Source of the DNA: an uncultured Solibacteraceae bacterium
GTDB lineage: Bacteria > Acidobacteriota > Vicinamibacteria > Vicinamibacterales > SCN-69-37
NCBI GenBank assembly: GCA_964573795.1
Contig: CAZNMF010000261.1
Span: 1 to 47,003 of the forward strand
Length of the DNA: 47,003 nucleotides
Reading direction: 5' to 3'
A program made the position numbers and the translations under genes. The notes beneath the pieces are model-generated. The model was not told the origin of the DNA, did not search any database, and worked only from the letters and a program-made list of their open reading frames with translations. This document shows, piece after piece, positions 29,222 to 38,242 of this stretch. Every line of letters starts with the position of its first letter. Within the stretch, counting starts at the first letter, position 1.

Positions 29222-30523
29222 ATGGCCCCGACGACCTCGACAGCGGCGTCGCCCGACCGCCGCGATCTCACGCCCTCGTCGGCGATTCCGCTGGCGTACT
29301 TCGCGCTCGCGCACGCCGGTCTGGCGCTCGCGTGCCTCGCGCTCGTCGTCGATCCCGGTCTGCCCGGCGCGCACTTCTACCACCCGCGCATGATCGCGCT
29401 CGTGCACCTGGTCACGCTCGTCTGGCTGTCCGGATCGATCCTCGGCGCCTTCTACATCGTCGCGCCGCTCGCGCTGCGCGTGCCGATGCCCGCGCGGCGG
29501 ATGGACTGGGTCGCCTTCGCGTCGTTTGCGATCGGCGCGGCAGGCATGGTGGCGCACTTCTGGATCGGCGAGTACAACGGCATGGCGTGGTCCGCCGGGC
29601 TCGTCGTCGCGGCGGTCGCCTGGGTCGCGATGCGCGCGTGGCGCGGCCTGCCGCGCGCAGCCGCGCCGTGGCCGATCGCGCTGCACGTCGCGCTCGCGTT
29701 CGTCAACATCCTCGCCGCCGCCACGCTCGGCATCGTCATCGGTGTGGCGCGATCGCACGGCACGCTGCGCGTGTCGCCGCTCGCGATCACGTATGCGCAC
29801 GCGCATCTCGCGGCCGTCGGATGGGCGACGATGATGGTCGTCGGGCTGGCGTATCGTCTGATTCCGATGATGGTGCCCGCGGCGATGCCGTCAGGCCGCG
29901 CGCTCGCGCTCAGCGCGATCCTCATCGAGACCGGCCTCGCGATCGTCGTCGTCAGCCTCCTCTGGCCGTCGGCGTGGCTGCCGGTCGGCGCGCTCACGAT
30001 TGCGGCGGGTCTCGTCAGCTTTGCGATGCGGATTCACCGCGCGCTCGCACATCGCCTGCCGCGACCGCCGGCGCTGCCGCGCCGCGACTGGTCCACGTGG
30101 CAGGCGCACGCCGCGCTATTGTGGCTGCTCGTCGCCACCGGTCTCGGCGTCGCGCTCACGCTGCGCGAGTCGAACGCGTATCGCGTCGAGCTGAGCTGGT
30201 GCTACGGCGTCGCCGGCCTCGTCGGGTTTCTCGCCCAGATCGTCGTCGGCATTCAGGGACGGCTCGTGCCGCTGTACGTCTGGTATCGCGATCTCGCGAC
30301 GCACGGCGGAGCGCTGCCGGCTCGCGGCGCGAACGAGCTGCCGTCGGCGGCGTTCTCGCGTGTCATCTTCCTGAGCTGGCTGGCAGGCGTGCCGGCCCTC
30401 GCGTGGGGGCTGGCGGGACAAAATCGTCCGGCGATCGTCATCGCGGCCGGATTGCTGTTTTGTGGCGTCGTGACGAACGGCGTGTATGCGCGATATCTGT
30501 TTCGCAAGGCCCGGGGTGTCTGA
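29222..30523 (+). CDS. 12-TM integral membrane protein with conserved His motifs (heme-copper-oxidase-subunit-I-like or NnrS-like fold suspected)
   Basis: 433 aa with about 12 predicted TM helices. The motif H-L-x2-(V/L)-(G/V)-W...G-x2-Y-x3-P(L/M) recurs at roughly 133-aa spacing: HLVTLVWLSGSILGAFYIVAPL near residue 62, HLAAVGWATMMVVGLAYRLIPM near residue 195, and a degenerate copy YGVAGLVGFLAQIVVGIQGRLVPL near residue 328. An HAH doublet precedes the second copy. Confidence 0.55.
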   Translation: MAPTTSTAASPDRRDLTPSSAIPLAYFALAHAGLALACLALVVDPGLPGAHFYHPRMIALVHLVTLVWLSGSILGAFYIVAPLALRVPMPARRMDWVAFASFAIGAAGMVAHFWIGEYNGMAWSAGLVVAAVAWVAMRAWRGLPRAAAPWPIALHVALAFVNILAAATLGIVIGVARSHGTLRVSPLAITYAHAHLAAVGWATMMVVGLAYRLIPMMVPAAMPSGRALALSAILIETGLAIVVVSLLWPSAWLPVGALTIAAGLVSFAMRIHRALAHRLPRPPALPRRDWSTWQAHAALLWLLVATGLGVALTLRESNAYRVELSWCYGVAGLVGFLAQIVVGIQGRLVPLYVWYRDLATHGGALPARGANELPSAAFSRVIFLSWLAGVPALAWGLAGQNRPAIVIAAGLLFCGVVTNGVYARYLFRKARGV

Positions 30524-30559
30524 CAGCCACGTCTCTCGCAAATCGGCCCGCGCACGGCT

Positions 30560-30575
30560 TGGCATAGCTTTCGCA
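30560..30575 (+). promoter_or_regulatory. Sigma54-type (-24/-12) promoter candidate upstream of the pilin-like gene
   Basis: TGGCATAGCTTTCGCA matches TGGCAC-N5-TTGCA at GG(-24) and GC(-12) with correct spacing. It lies 50 nt upstream of ATG 30625. Confidence 0.45.
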
Positions 30576-30624
30576 CTGCTGGAAGCGCCGTCTCTGCCTA
30601 TCGCGGAGACGGACGCCAAAGGCC

Positions 30625-31158
30625 ATGACACCTCATTCGGAGCGCGGATTCACGCTTATCGAGCTGCTGATCGTCGTCGCGGTCATCAGCATTGTCTCCG
30701 CGATCGCGGTGCCCGGCCTGCTGCGATCGCGCATGATGGGCAACGAAGCGTCGGCGATTGCGTCGCTTCGCACGACCACCTCGTCCCAGGTCTCGTTCTC
30801 CGCGTCGTGGGGCAATGGCGGCTACGCGCCCGACTACGAGACGCTCGGCACCGTTCCGGCGGGTAGCGACGCCAGCGGATTCATCTCGTCGGACCTCGGG
30901 CACGCGGGCGACGTCGTCAAGTCGGGCTATCTCTTCGTCCTGCAAGGGACGGGGACCGGGCCCGAGGATGGCGCGGGCAACCCGACATCGACGGCGTGGA
31001 CTGCGACGGCCGATCCCGTCGCGTTCGCCAAGACCGGCACGCGGCATTTCATCACCGGCGCCGACAACACGATCTGGCAGAACACCGACGACACGCCGTT
31101 CGCGCTGGGCACGATCCCGACGGCGATCAGCGGCACGATCCGGCCGGTCTACTACTGA
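30625..31158 (+). CDS. Type IV pilin-like / prepilin-type N-terminal cleavage-methylation domain protein
   Basis: MTPHSERG|FTLIELLIVVAVISIVSAIAVPGLLRSRMMGNEASAIASLRT has a class III signal peptide with Glu at +5. 177 aa with no cysteines. No other pilus or T2SS genes are nearby. Confidence 0.85.
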   Translation: MTPHSERGFTLIELLIVVAVISIVSAIAVPGLLRSRMMGNEASAIASLRTTTSSQVSFSASWGNGGYAPDYETLGTVPAGSDASGFISSDLGHAGDVVKSGYLFVLQGTGTGPEDGAGNPTSTAWTATADPVAFAKTGTRHFITGADNTIWQNTDDTPFALGTIPTAISGTIRPVYY

Positions 31159-31182
31159 GCGCCATTCCGGCGCGCCTCGAGA

Positions 31183-31205
31183 AAGTCCTGAAAAGATCCT
31201 GAAGA
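31183..31205 (-). promoter_or_regulatory. Candidate KdpE (OmpR-family) binding element, inverted copy upstream of kdpD(C-half)
   Basis: The reverse complement reads TCTTCAGGATCTTTTCAGGACTT, with 19 nt identical to 33563-33581. Two TTCAGG hexamers are phased 11 bp apart. Confidence 0.45.
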
Positions 31206-31253
31206 CGGTCTGACCGCCGCGGTCTGACGATAGACTGCGAGCCCGGATCGTCG

Positions 31254-32774
31254 ATGCGACACGCACGACCCCTGGACCTCGTCCATCTGCTCTTTGCGCT
31301 CGTCGCCATCGCCGTCGTCACGCTCGTCTGCAGGCAGTGGTTGAACGAGACGAACACGGCGACGATCTCGATCACCTTCCTGCTGCTGGTGCTGGTGATC
31401 GCCGCCTATTCGCACCTGTGGGTGGCCGTCGTGACGTCGCTCGCGGCGATGCTCGTCATCAACTTCTTCTTCCTGCCTCCGACCGGGACGCTCACGATCG
31501 CCGATCCCCACAACTGGGTGGCGCTGGTGGTGTTTCTCGCCGCCAGCCTTCTCGCGAGCAATCTCTCGGCGGCCGCCCGCGCGCGCACGGAGGAGGCGGT
31601 GGCTCGGCGCGACGAGCTGGCTCGCCTTTTCGATCTGAGTCGCGACGTGCTGGTGATGCACGAGAGCCAGGAGGCGATCTCGCTGCTCGCGCGCTCGATC
31701 GCGCGGCGCTTCGACCTGGACTACGTCGCGATCGCGCTTCCCGGCAACGACGATTGGAACGTGCACGACGCGGGCGCGCACGCGATCGATCTCGATCGGC
31801 GCGAGCTGGACAAGGTCTTCGCCGCCGCGAAGGCGTCGCTGGAGTTCGACGCGTCGGCTCGCACGTACGCGGGGCATCGCGTGATGGCCGTGGACGGTCA
31901 CACGATTCGGCTGGTGCCGTTGCGGGCCGGGACGACGCCCATCGGCATTCTCGCGGCCGGCGGCCGGCCCATCGAGCCGGGCACGCTCGACACTTTGGCC
32001 GGGATTGCGGCGATTGCCATCGAGCGCGCGAAGCTGCTCGAGGAGCGCAAGGCCGGCGAGCTGTCGCGCCAGCGGGAAGAGCTCAAGACGGCGCTGCTGG
32101 AATCGATCAGCCACGATCTCCGCACGCCGCTCACGGCGATTCGCGTCGCGGCCAGCAACATCCGATCTTCCGCGCTCTCCGCCGCGGAGCGTGAGGACCA
32201 GAGCGATCTGATCCTCAGCGAAGTCGAGCGTCTCAGCCGGCTCTTCGAGAACATACTGGACATGGCGCGCATCGATGCCGGCGCGATCACCACCGAGATG
32301 CGGTGGGTCCATCCCTCGGAGATCGTCGCGGCCGCGCGCGATCACGTCGGTGAGGCCCTGCACCATCATCGACTCGATCTCCGGTTCGAGTCCGACGTCC
32401 CCGTGCGGCTCGATCCGCGTCTCACCGCGGCGGCGCTGGCGCACGTCCTGGAGAACGCCGCGCAGTACTCGCCGCCCGGCTCGACCATCGAGGTCGCGGG
32501 CAGCTCGCGCGGTGACGAGCTCACGATCAAGGTTCGAGACCACGGACAGGGGATCGCGCAGGGCGATCTCGCGCGCCTGTTCGATCGCTTCTACCGCGGC
32601 GGCGCCGCGGCCCAGGCGCGCGCGTCCGGGACGGGCATGGGATTGTGGATCGCGCGCGGCCTCCTGGCCGCCGAGCGCGGACGGATCTGGGCGGACAATC
32701 GGCCAGACGGCGGCGCGGAGCTCACCATCGCGATCCCGGCCGCCGTCAGACCGGAGCCGGAGCGCGTGCCGTGA
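31254..32774 (+). CDS. kdpD: Sensor histidine kinase KdpD, C-terminal half (DUF4118 TM domain + GAF-like + HisKA + HATPase)
   Basis: 506 aa. The four-TM DUF4118-type N-terminus (SITFLLLVLVIAAYSHLWVAVVTSLAAMLVINFFFLPPTGTLTIADPHNWVALVVFLAASLL) matches the KdpD membrane segment. H-box SISHDLRTPLT and G-box GTGMGLWIARG are present. The KdpD N-terminal sensor and Usp domains are missing. Confidence 0.85.
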   Translation: MRHARPLDLVHLLFALVAIAVVTLVCRQWLNETNTATISITFLLLVLVIAAYSHLWVAVVTSLAAMLVINFFFLPPTGTLTIADPHNWVALVVFLAASLLASNLSAAARARTEEAVARRDELARLFDLSRDVLVMHESQEAISLLARSIARRFDLDYVAIALPGNDDWNVHDAGAHAIDLDRRELDKVFAAAKASLEFDASARTYAGHRVMAVDGHTIRLVPLRAGTTPIGILAAGGRPIEPGTLDTLAGIAAIAIERAKLLEERKAGELSRQREELKTALLESISHDLRTPLTAIRVAASNIRSSALSAAEREDQSDLILSEVERLSRLFENILDMARIDAGAITTEMRWVHPSEIVAAARDHVGEALHHHRLDLRFESDVPVRLDPRLTAAALAHVLENAAQYSPPGSTIEVAGSSRGDELTIKVRDHGQGIAQGDLARLFDRFYRGGAAAQARASGTGMGLWIARGLLAAERGRIWADNRPDGGAELTIAIPAAVRPEPERVP

Positions 32775-33487
32775 GCCTGTCGTCGCCGCCTCGCATCCTG
32801 CTCGTCGACGATGAAGTCGCGATTCAACGGACGGTCGGACCGCTGCTGCGCGCGCGCGGCTACGACGTCGAGATCGCCGGCACGGGCACGGAGGCGCTCC
32901 AGATCGTCGCCGATCGATCGCCGGACTTGATCGTCCTGGACCTTGGTCTGCCCGACGTGCAGGGCACCGAGGTCTGTCGCCGAATCCGGACGACATCGAA
33001 GGTCCCCATCGTCGTGCTGTCGGCGCGCGGCAGCGAGACGGACAAGGTGAACGCCCTCGATCTCGGCGCCGACGACTACGTCACGAAGCCGTTCGGTCCC
33101 GAAGAGCTGCTGGCGCGCATTCGCGTGGCGCTCCGCCGCGTGCGCTCGGAACGCCCCGAGGCCGCCGGCCATCTTCGCCTCGGAAATCTGACGATCGACT
33201 ACGATCGCCGCCGCGTCCTTCGAGACAACGTGGAGATCCGCCTCACGCCGAAGGAGCTCGAGCTGCTGTCGCTGCTGGCGCGCAACCACGATCGCGTGCT
33301 GACACACCGCACGATTCTCAAGGCCGTGTGGGGATCGAACGCCGTCGAGCAACCGGAGCACCTCTGGACGCTCGTCGCGCAGCTCCGCAAGAAGATCGAG
33401 ATCGATCCCGCGAATCCCCGATATCTCTTGAGCGAGCCGTGGGTGGGATACCGGCTCGCGACCGACGAGGCCAGCCCCTCCACGTAG
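32771..33487 (+). CDS. kdpE: OmpR-family response regulator KdpE
   Basis: The GTG at 32771 overlaps the kdpD stop (GTGA). ILLVDDEVAIQR...DLIVLDLGLPD receiver domain and a C-terminal winged helix (LTPKELELLSLLARNHDRVLTHRTILKAVWG...PWVGYRL). Confidence 0.88.
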   Translation: MSLSSPPRILLVDDEVAIQRTVGPLLRARGYDVEIAGTGTEALQIVADRSPDLIVLDLGLPDVQGTEVCRRIRTTSKVPIVVLSARGSETDKVNALDLGADDYVTKPFGPEELLARIRVALRRVRSERPEAAGHLRLGNLTIDYDRRRVLRDNVEIRLTPKELELLSLLARNHDRVLTHRTILKAVWGSNAVEQPEHLWTLVAQLRKKIEIDPANPRYLLSEPWVGYRLATDEASPST

Positions 33488-33562
33488 CAACCGGGCCGCT
33501 CGCGCGCTCGATTCTCACCGCGCCGTCGGGCCCGACAGTCCGTCCAGGCTCGCAGCCTCGCA

Positions 33563-33603
33563 TCTTCAGGATCTTTTCAGGGACTTCTTTGCCCCTTTTC
33601 AGG
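33563..33603 (+). promoter_or_regulatory. Candidate KdpE operator / kdpFABC promoter region
   Basis: TTCAGG hexamers at 33565, 33576 and 33598 have start-to-start spacing of 11 and 22 bp. A possible -35 TTGCCC (33589-33594) and -10 TCTAAC (33612-33617) are separated by a 17-nt spacer. Confidence 0.45.
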
Positions 33604-33654
33604 CGCGGCTCTCTAACGTGGTCTCGAGAGGTCGTACGCGACAAGGGGGATGCC

Positions 33655-33744
33655 GTGCGTGATGTGTGGTTCGTCGGGCTCTCGATTCTCTTCTTCGCGA
33701 TCAGCGTCGGGTATGTCGCGCTGTGCAACCGCCTGATGAAGTGA
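33655..33744 (+). CDS. 29-aa hydrophobic micropeptide upstream of kdpF (hypothetical, KdpF-like size and topology)
   Basis: GTG at 33655 is preceded by AAGGGGGA with 4-nt spacing. MRDVWFVGLSILFFAISVGYVALCNRLMK has a single TM. Third codon positions are mostly G/C. The stop lies 8 nt before the kdpF start. Confidence 0.45.
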   Translation: MRDVWFVGLSILFFAISVGYVALCNRLMK

Positions 33745-33752
33745 GGTGAGCC

Positions 33753-33842
33753 GTGGGTCTCGATTACGTCATCGGGCTGCTCGTCGCCGTGGCGATGCTG
33801 GCGTACCTGATCGTCGCGCTGCTGCGACCGGAGAAGTTCTGA
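33753..33842 (+). CDS. kdpF: K+-transporting ATPase subunit F
   Basis: Too short to appear in the ORF track. GTG at 33753 is preceded by GAGGTGA. MGLDYVIGLLVAVAMLAYLIVALLRPEKF is 29 aa with the typical KdpF ...ALLxPExF C-terminus. The stop lies 1 nt before the kdpA ATG. Confidence 0.75.
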   Translation: MGLDYVIGLLVAVAMLAYLIVALLRPEKF

Positions 33843-33843
33843 C

Positions 33844-35574
33844 ATGACCGCCAACGGCTGGCTGCAGATCCTGTTCTTCCTGCTGGCAATCGGGCTGGTG
33901 ACGCCGCTGCTCGGCGGCTACATGACGCGGGTCTTTACGCGCCGCCGCACGTGGCTCGATCCGGTGCTGCGTCCGATCGAGCGGCTCGTGTATCGCGCGA
34001 CCGGCGTCGACGAGCATCGCGAGATGCGCTGGGCGGAATACGCGATTGCGGTGCTGCTGTTCAGCGGCGTGTCCATGCTCGCGCTGTACGCGATCCAGCG
34101 CCTGCAAGGCAGGCTCCCGCTCAATCCGCAGGGCTTTGGCGGCGTCGCGCCGGACCTGGCGTTCAACACCGCCGTGTCGTTCGCGACCAACACGAACTGG
34201 CAGGCGTACGGCGGCGAGTCGACCATGAGCTATCTCACGCAGATGGCCGGGCTGGCGTACCACAACTTCGTGTCGGCGGCGACCGGCATCGCCGTCGCGA
34301 TTGCGTTCATCCGCGGCATCGCGCAGCGCGAGAAGGACACGCTCGGGAACTTCTGGGTGGATCTCGTGCGCGCTTCGCTGTGGATCCTCCTGCCCATTGC
34401 CATCGTCGGATCGATCTTCCTCGTGTCGCAGGGCGTCGTGCAGAACCTCAAGCCGTACGACGCCGTGCAGACGGTCGAGGGCGTGAAGCAGGTGATCGCG
34501 CAGGGGCCGGCCGCCTCGCAGGAAATCATCAAGCAGTTCGGCACCAACGGCGGAGGCTTCTTCAACGCGAACAGCGCGCATCCATTCGAGAACCCGACGC
34601 CGCTCTCGAACGTTCTCGAGATGTTCGGCATCTTCGCGATCTCCGCCGGTCTCACGCACACGCTCGGATCGTTGACGGGATCGCGAAAGCACGGGTGGGC
34701 CATCTGGGCGGCGATGGCGTTCCTCTTCCTCGCCGGTGTCACCGTCGCGTACTGGGCCGAGGCCCGCGGCAATCCGCTGTTGACGGCCGCCGGCGCCGAT
34801 CAGACGACGACGGCGCTGTCGCCGGGCGGCAACATGGAAGGCAAGGAAGTCCGCTTCGGCATCGCGAATACCGCGCTCTTCGCCACCGTGACGACCGACG
34901 CGAGCTGTGGCGCCATCAACGGATGGCTCGACTCGTTCACGCCGATCGGCGGCCTCGTGCCGCTCGCGAACATCCAGTTGAGCGAGGTCGTCTTCGGCGG
35001 CGTCGGCGCGGGGATGTACGGCGTGCTGGTCTACGTCATCCTGTCCGTCTTCATCGCCGGCCTGATGGTCGGCCGCACGCCCGAGTACCTCGGCAAGAAG
35101 ATCCAGGCGTTCGAGGTGCAGATGGCGATGCTGACCGTGCTCGTCTTCTCGTTCGTCATTCTGATGTTCACGGCGGTCTCGTCCGTCTCGTCAGGCTTCG
35201 GCACGTCGAGCATCTTCAACGCCGGCCCGCACGGGCTCTCGGAGATTCTCTACGCGTATTCGTCCGGCGCGGCCAACAACGGCTCGGCCTTCGGCGGATT
35301 GAGCGTGAACACCAGGTGGTACAACACGACGATCGGGCTGGCGATGCTCTTCGGCCGGTTCTTCATGATCATCCCGCCGCTCGCGATCGCGGGCAGCCTC
35401 GCCCGCAAGAAACACGTCCCGCCGTCGGTCGGCACGTTCCCGGTGACGACGCCGCTCTTCAGCGCGCTGCTGGTCGGCGTGATTCTCATCGTCGGCGCGC
35501 TCACGTTCTTTCCGGCGCTCAGCCTCGGGCCGATCGTCGAGCACTTCCTCATGCACAACGGGCAGGTCTTCTAA
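33844..35574 (+). CDS. kdpA: K+-transporting ATPase subunit A
   Basis: 576 aa. [31 protein letters not shown]..., with selectivity-filter-like segments ([41 protein letters not shown]). Confidence 0.95.
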   Translation: MTANGWLQILFFLLAIGLVTPLLGGYMTRVFTRRRTWLDPVLRPIERLVYRATGVDEHREMRWAEYAIAVLLFSGVSMLALYAIQRLQGRLPLNPQGFGGVAPDLAFNTAVSFATNTNWQAYGGESTMSYLTQMAGLAYHNFVSAATGIAVAIAFIRGIAQREKDTLGNFWVDLVRASLWILLPIAIVGSIFLVSQGVVQNLKPYDAVQTVEGVKQVIAQGPAASQEIIKQFGTNGGGFFNANSAHPFENPTPLSNVLEMFGIFAISAGLTHTLGSLTGSRKHGWAIWAAMAFLFLAGVTVAYWAEARGNPLLTAAGADQTTTALSPGGNMEGKEVRFGIANTALFATVTTDASCGAINGWLDSFTPIGGLVPLANIQLSEVVFGGVGAGMYGVLVYVILSVFIAGLMVGRTPEYLGKKIQAFEVQMAMLTVLVFSFVILMFTAVSSVSSGFGTSSIFNAGPHGLSEILYAYSSGAANNGSAFGGLSVNTRWYNTTIGLAMLFGRFFMIIPPLAIAGSLARKKHVPPSVGTFPVTTPLFSALLVGVILIVGALTFFPALSLGPIVEHFLMHNGQVF

Positions 35575-37622
35575 TGGCGACGCACGCACAGGCGCAGAGA
35601 CGCTCCCTTTGGGATTCGCAGATCGTCCGCCGGGCGGTGTGGGACTCGCTCCGTAAGCTCCATCCGCGCACGATGGCGCGCAATCCCGTCATGTTCCTCG
35701 TCGAAGTCGGCAGCGTGCTGACGACGTGGCGTCTCGTTCAGGATGCGCTCATGGGGCGCGGTGATTTCCTGTTCGAGCTCCAAATCACGCTGTGGCTGTG
35801 GCTGACCGTGCTCTTCGCGAACTTCGCCGAAGCGATGGCGGAAGGCCGCGGCAAGGCGCAGGCGGACACGCTGCGCAAGGCGCGCACCGAGACGATGGCC
35901 AATCGCCTCACCGGCGGCAACGGCATGGAGAACGTGCCGGCGGCGACGCTTCGCAAGGGCGACCTCGTCATGGTGCATGCGGGCGAGCTCATCCCGGCTG
36001 ACGGGGAGATCATCGAAGGGGTTGCGTCGGTCGACGAGTCGGCGATCACCGGCGAGTCGGCACCGGTGATTCGCGAATCGGGCGGCGACCGATCCGCAGT
36101 GACCGGCGGCACGCGCGTCATCTCGGACTGGATCAAGGTGCGGGTGACCTCCGATCCCGGGCACACGTTCCTGGATCGGATGATCGCGCTGGTCGAAGGC
36201 GCCGCGCGCCAGAAGACGCCGAACGAAATCGCCCTCAACATCCTGCTCGCGGGGCTGACGATCGTGTTCCTGATCGCCGTCGTCACGCTGCAGCCGTTCG
36301 CCGTCTACTCCGGCGCGCCGCAGACGCTGTTCGTGCTCGTCGCGCTGCTGGTCTGCTTGATTCCGACGACGATCGGCGGCCTGCTATCGGCCATCGGCAT
36401 CGCCGGCATGGACCGGCTGGTGCAGCACAACGTGCTCGCGATGTCGGGCCGATCCGTCGAAGCGGCCGGCGACGTGCACACGCTGCTGCTCGACAAGACC
36501 GGGACGATCACGCTGGGCAACCGCCAGGCGACGGAATTCGTGCCGGTCGCCGGCGTGACTGAAGGAGAGCTGGCCGACGCGGCGCAGCTCGCGTCGCTCG
36601 CCGACGAAACGCCGGAGGGCCGATCGATTGTCGTGCTCGCCAAGGAGCGGTACCACATCCGGGGACGCGAGCTGGCGGACAAGGACGCCAGGTTCATTCC
36701 GTTCTCGGCGCAGACGCGCATGTCCGGCGTGGATTTGGATGGCCGCGAGATTCGCAAGGGTGCGGCCGAGGCCATCGCGTCGTACGTCACGGCCAGCGGC
36801 GGCAACGTTCCGCCCGAGTTGAAAGCCATCGTCGATCGCATCGCCGGCGCCGGTGGCACGCCGCTCGTCGTGGCAGAGCGGACGCGCACGCTCGGCGTCA
36901 TCTACCTGAAAGACGTCGTCAAGGGCGGCATGCGGCAGCGGTTCGCCGCGCTGCGTGCCATGGGGATCAAGACGGTGATGATCACCGGCGACAACCCGTT
37001 GACCGCGGCGTCGATCGCCGCGGAAGCGGGCGTCGACGACTTCCTGGCCCAGGCCACGCCCGAAGACAAGATGGCGCTCATCAAGCGCGAGCAGGCCGAC
37101 GGCAAGCTCGTCGCGATGACCGGCGACGGCACCAACGACGCGCCGGCGCTCGCGCAGGCGGACGTCGGCGTCGCGATGAACACCGGCACGCAGGCGGCGA
37201 AGGAAGCCGGCAACATGGTCGATCTCGACTCGAACCCGACGAAGCTCATCGAGATCGTCGAGATCGGCAAGCAGCTGCTCATCACCCGCGGCGCGTTGAC
37301 GACATTCTCGATCGCGAACGATGTGGCGAAGTACTTCGCCATCATCCCCGCGATGTTCCTGGCCACCTATCCGGTGCTCGGCGCGCTGAACATCATGGGG
37401 CTGCGCACGCCGCAGTCGGCGATCCTGTCCGCCGTCATCTTCAACGCGGTCGTCATCGTCGCCCTCGTGCCGCTCGCGCTGCGAGGCGTGCGGTACCGTC
37501 CTGTCGGCGCCGCCACGCTCCTGCGCCGCAACCTCCTGATCTATGGCGTCGGCGGGATCATCATTCCCTTCATCGGCATCAAGGCCATCGACGTGATCGT
37601 GGCCGCCTTGCATCTCGCGTAG
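35574..37622 (+). CDS. kdpB: K+-transporting P-type ATPase subunit B
   Basis: The ATG at 35574 overlaps the kdpA stop (TAATG). [10 protein letters not shown] phosphorylation motif, [10 protein letters not shown] and [17 protein letters not shown]. 682 aa. The 1223-aa ORF in the track is an upstream in-frame artefact. Confidence 0.95.
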   Translation: MATHAQAQRRSLWDSQIVRRAVWDSLRKLHPRTMARNPVMFLVEVGSVLTTWRLVQDALMGRGDFLFELQITLWLWLTVLFANFAEAMAEGRGKAQADTLRKARTETMANRLTGGNGMENVPAATLRKGDLVMVHAGELIPADGEIIEGVASVDESAITGESAPVIRESGGDRSAVTGGTRVISDWIKVRVTSDPGHTFLDRMIALVEGAARQKTPNEIALNILLAGLTIVFLIAVVTLQPFAVYSGAPQTLFVLVALLVCLIPTTIGGLLSAIGIAGMDRLVQHNVLAMSGRSVEAAGDVHTLLLDKTGTITLGNRQATEFVPVAGVTEGELADAAQLASLADETPEGRSIVVLAKERYHIRGRELADKDARFIPFSAQTRMSGVDLDGREIRKGAAEAIASYVTASGGNVPPELKAIVDRIAGAGGTPLVVAERTRTLGVIYLKDVVKGGMRQRFAALRAMGIKTVMITGDNPLTAASIAAEAGVDDFLAQATPEDKMALIKREQADGKLVAMTGDGTNDAPALAQADVGVAMNTGTQAAKEAGNMVDLDSNPTKLIEIVEIGKQLLITRGALTTFSIANDVAKYFAIIPAMFLATYPVLGALNIMGLRTPQSAILSAVIFNAVVIVALVPLALRGVRYRPVGAATLLRRNLLIYGVGGIIIPFIGIKAIDVIVAALHLA

Positions 37623-37633
37623 GAGCTTCGGTC

Positions 37634-38215
37634 ATGACGATCGGTCACAACCTTCGCATCGCGGTTCTGATGACCGTGGCGACGACACTCATCCTCGGGA
37701 TCGCCTATCCGCTGGCCATCACGGGCATTGCGCAGATGGCGTTTCCCGGGCGGGCGAACGGTCAGCTGATCGAGCGCGACGGCGTGCTCGTCGGCTCGCG
37801 TCTCATCGGGCAGCGCTTCTCGTCGCCGGGATACTTTCGCTCGCGTCCGTCGGCCACGAGCACGCCCTACGACGCCGCGAATTCCGGCGGCAGCCAGCTC
37901 GGTCCCACGAACAAGACGCTGATCGAGGCCGTGAAGGCCAACGTCGAGGCGGCCCGGAAGGAGAATCCGACCGCACCCGTGCCGATCGATCTCGTCACGG
38001 CCTCCGCGTCCGGCTTCGATCCGCATCTCTCGCCGGCGGCCGCGGACTTTCAAGTGCCTCGAGTGGCGCGGGAGCGCGGCATGTCCGAGGCGGACGTGCG
38101 GCGTCTGGTCGCGGCGCATACCGCGCCTCGTCAGCTCGGCTTCTTCGGAGAGCCCGGCGTAAACGTGCTCGAGCTGAATCTCGCGTTGGATCGCGAGCGC
38201 CCGATGGCGAAGTAG
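37634..38215 (+). CDS. kdpC: K+-transporting ATPase subunit C
   Basis: 193 aa. N-terminal TM plus [18 protein letters not shown]...[10 protein letters not shown]...[17 protein letters not shown], the typical KdpC pattern. Confidence 0.93.
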   Translation: MTIGHNLRIAVLMTVATTLILGIAYPLAITGIAQMAFPGRANGQLIERDGVLVGSRLIGQRFSSPGYFRSRPSATSTPYDAANSGGSQLGPTNKTLIEAVKANVEAARKENPTAPVPIDLVTASASGFDPHLSPAAADFQVPRVARERGMSEADVRRLVAAHTAPRQLGFFGEPGVNVLELNLALDRERPMAK

Positions 38216-38242
38216 GAGACGCGCAGCCGCGAGGATTGCGGA

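Noticed and set aside
33951-37622. A 1223-aa ORF that would fuse an out-of-frame region across kdpA to kdpB.
   Set aside because: The N-terminal 540 aa are Arg-rich nonsense overlapping genuine kdpA in another frame. KdpB begins at ATG 35574 ([22 protein letters not shown]...), overlapping the kdpA stop.
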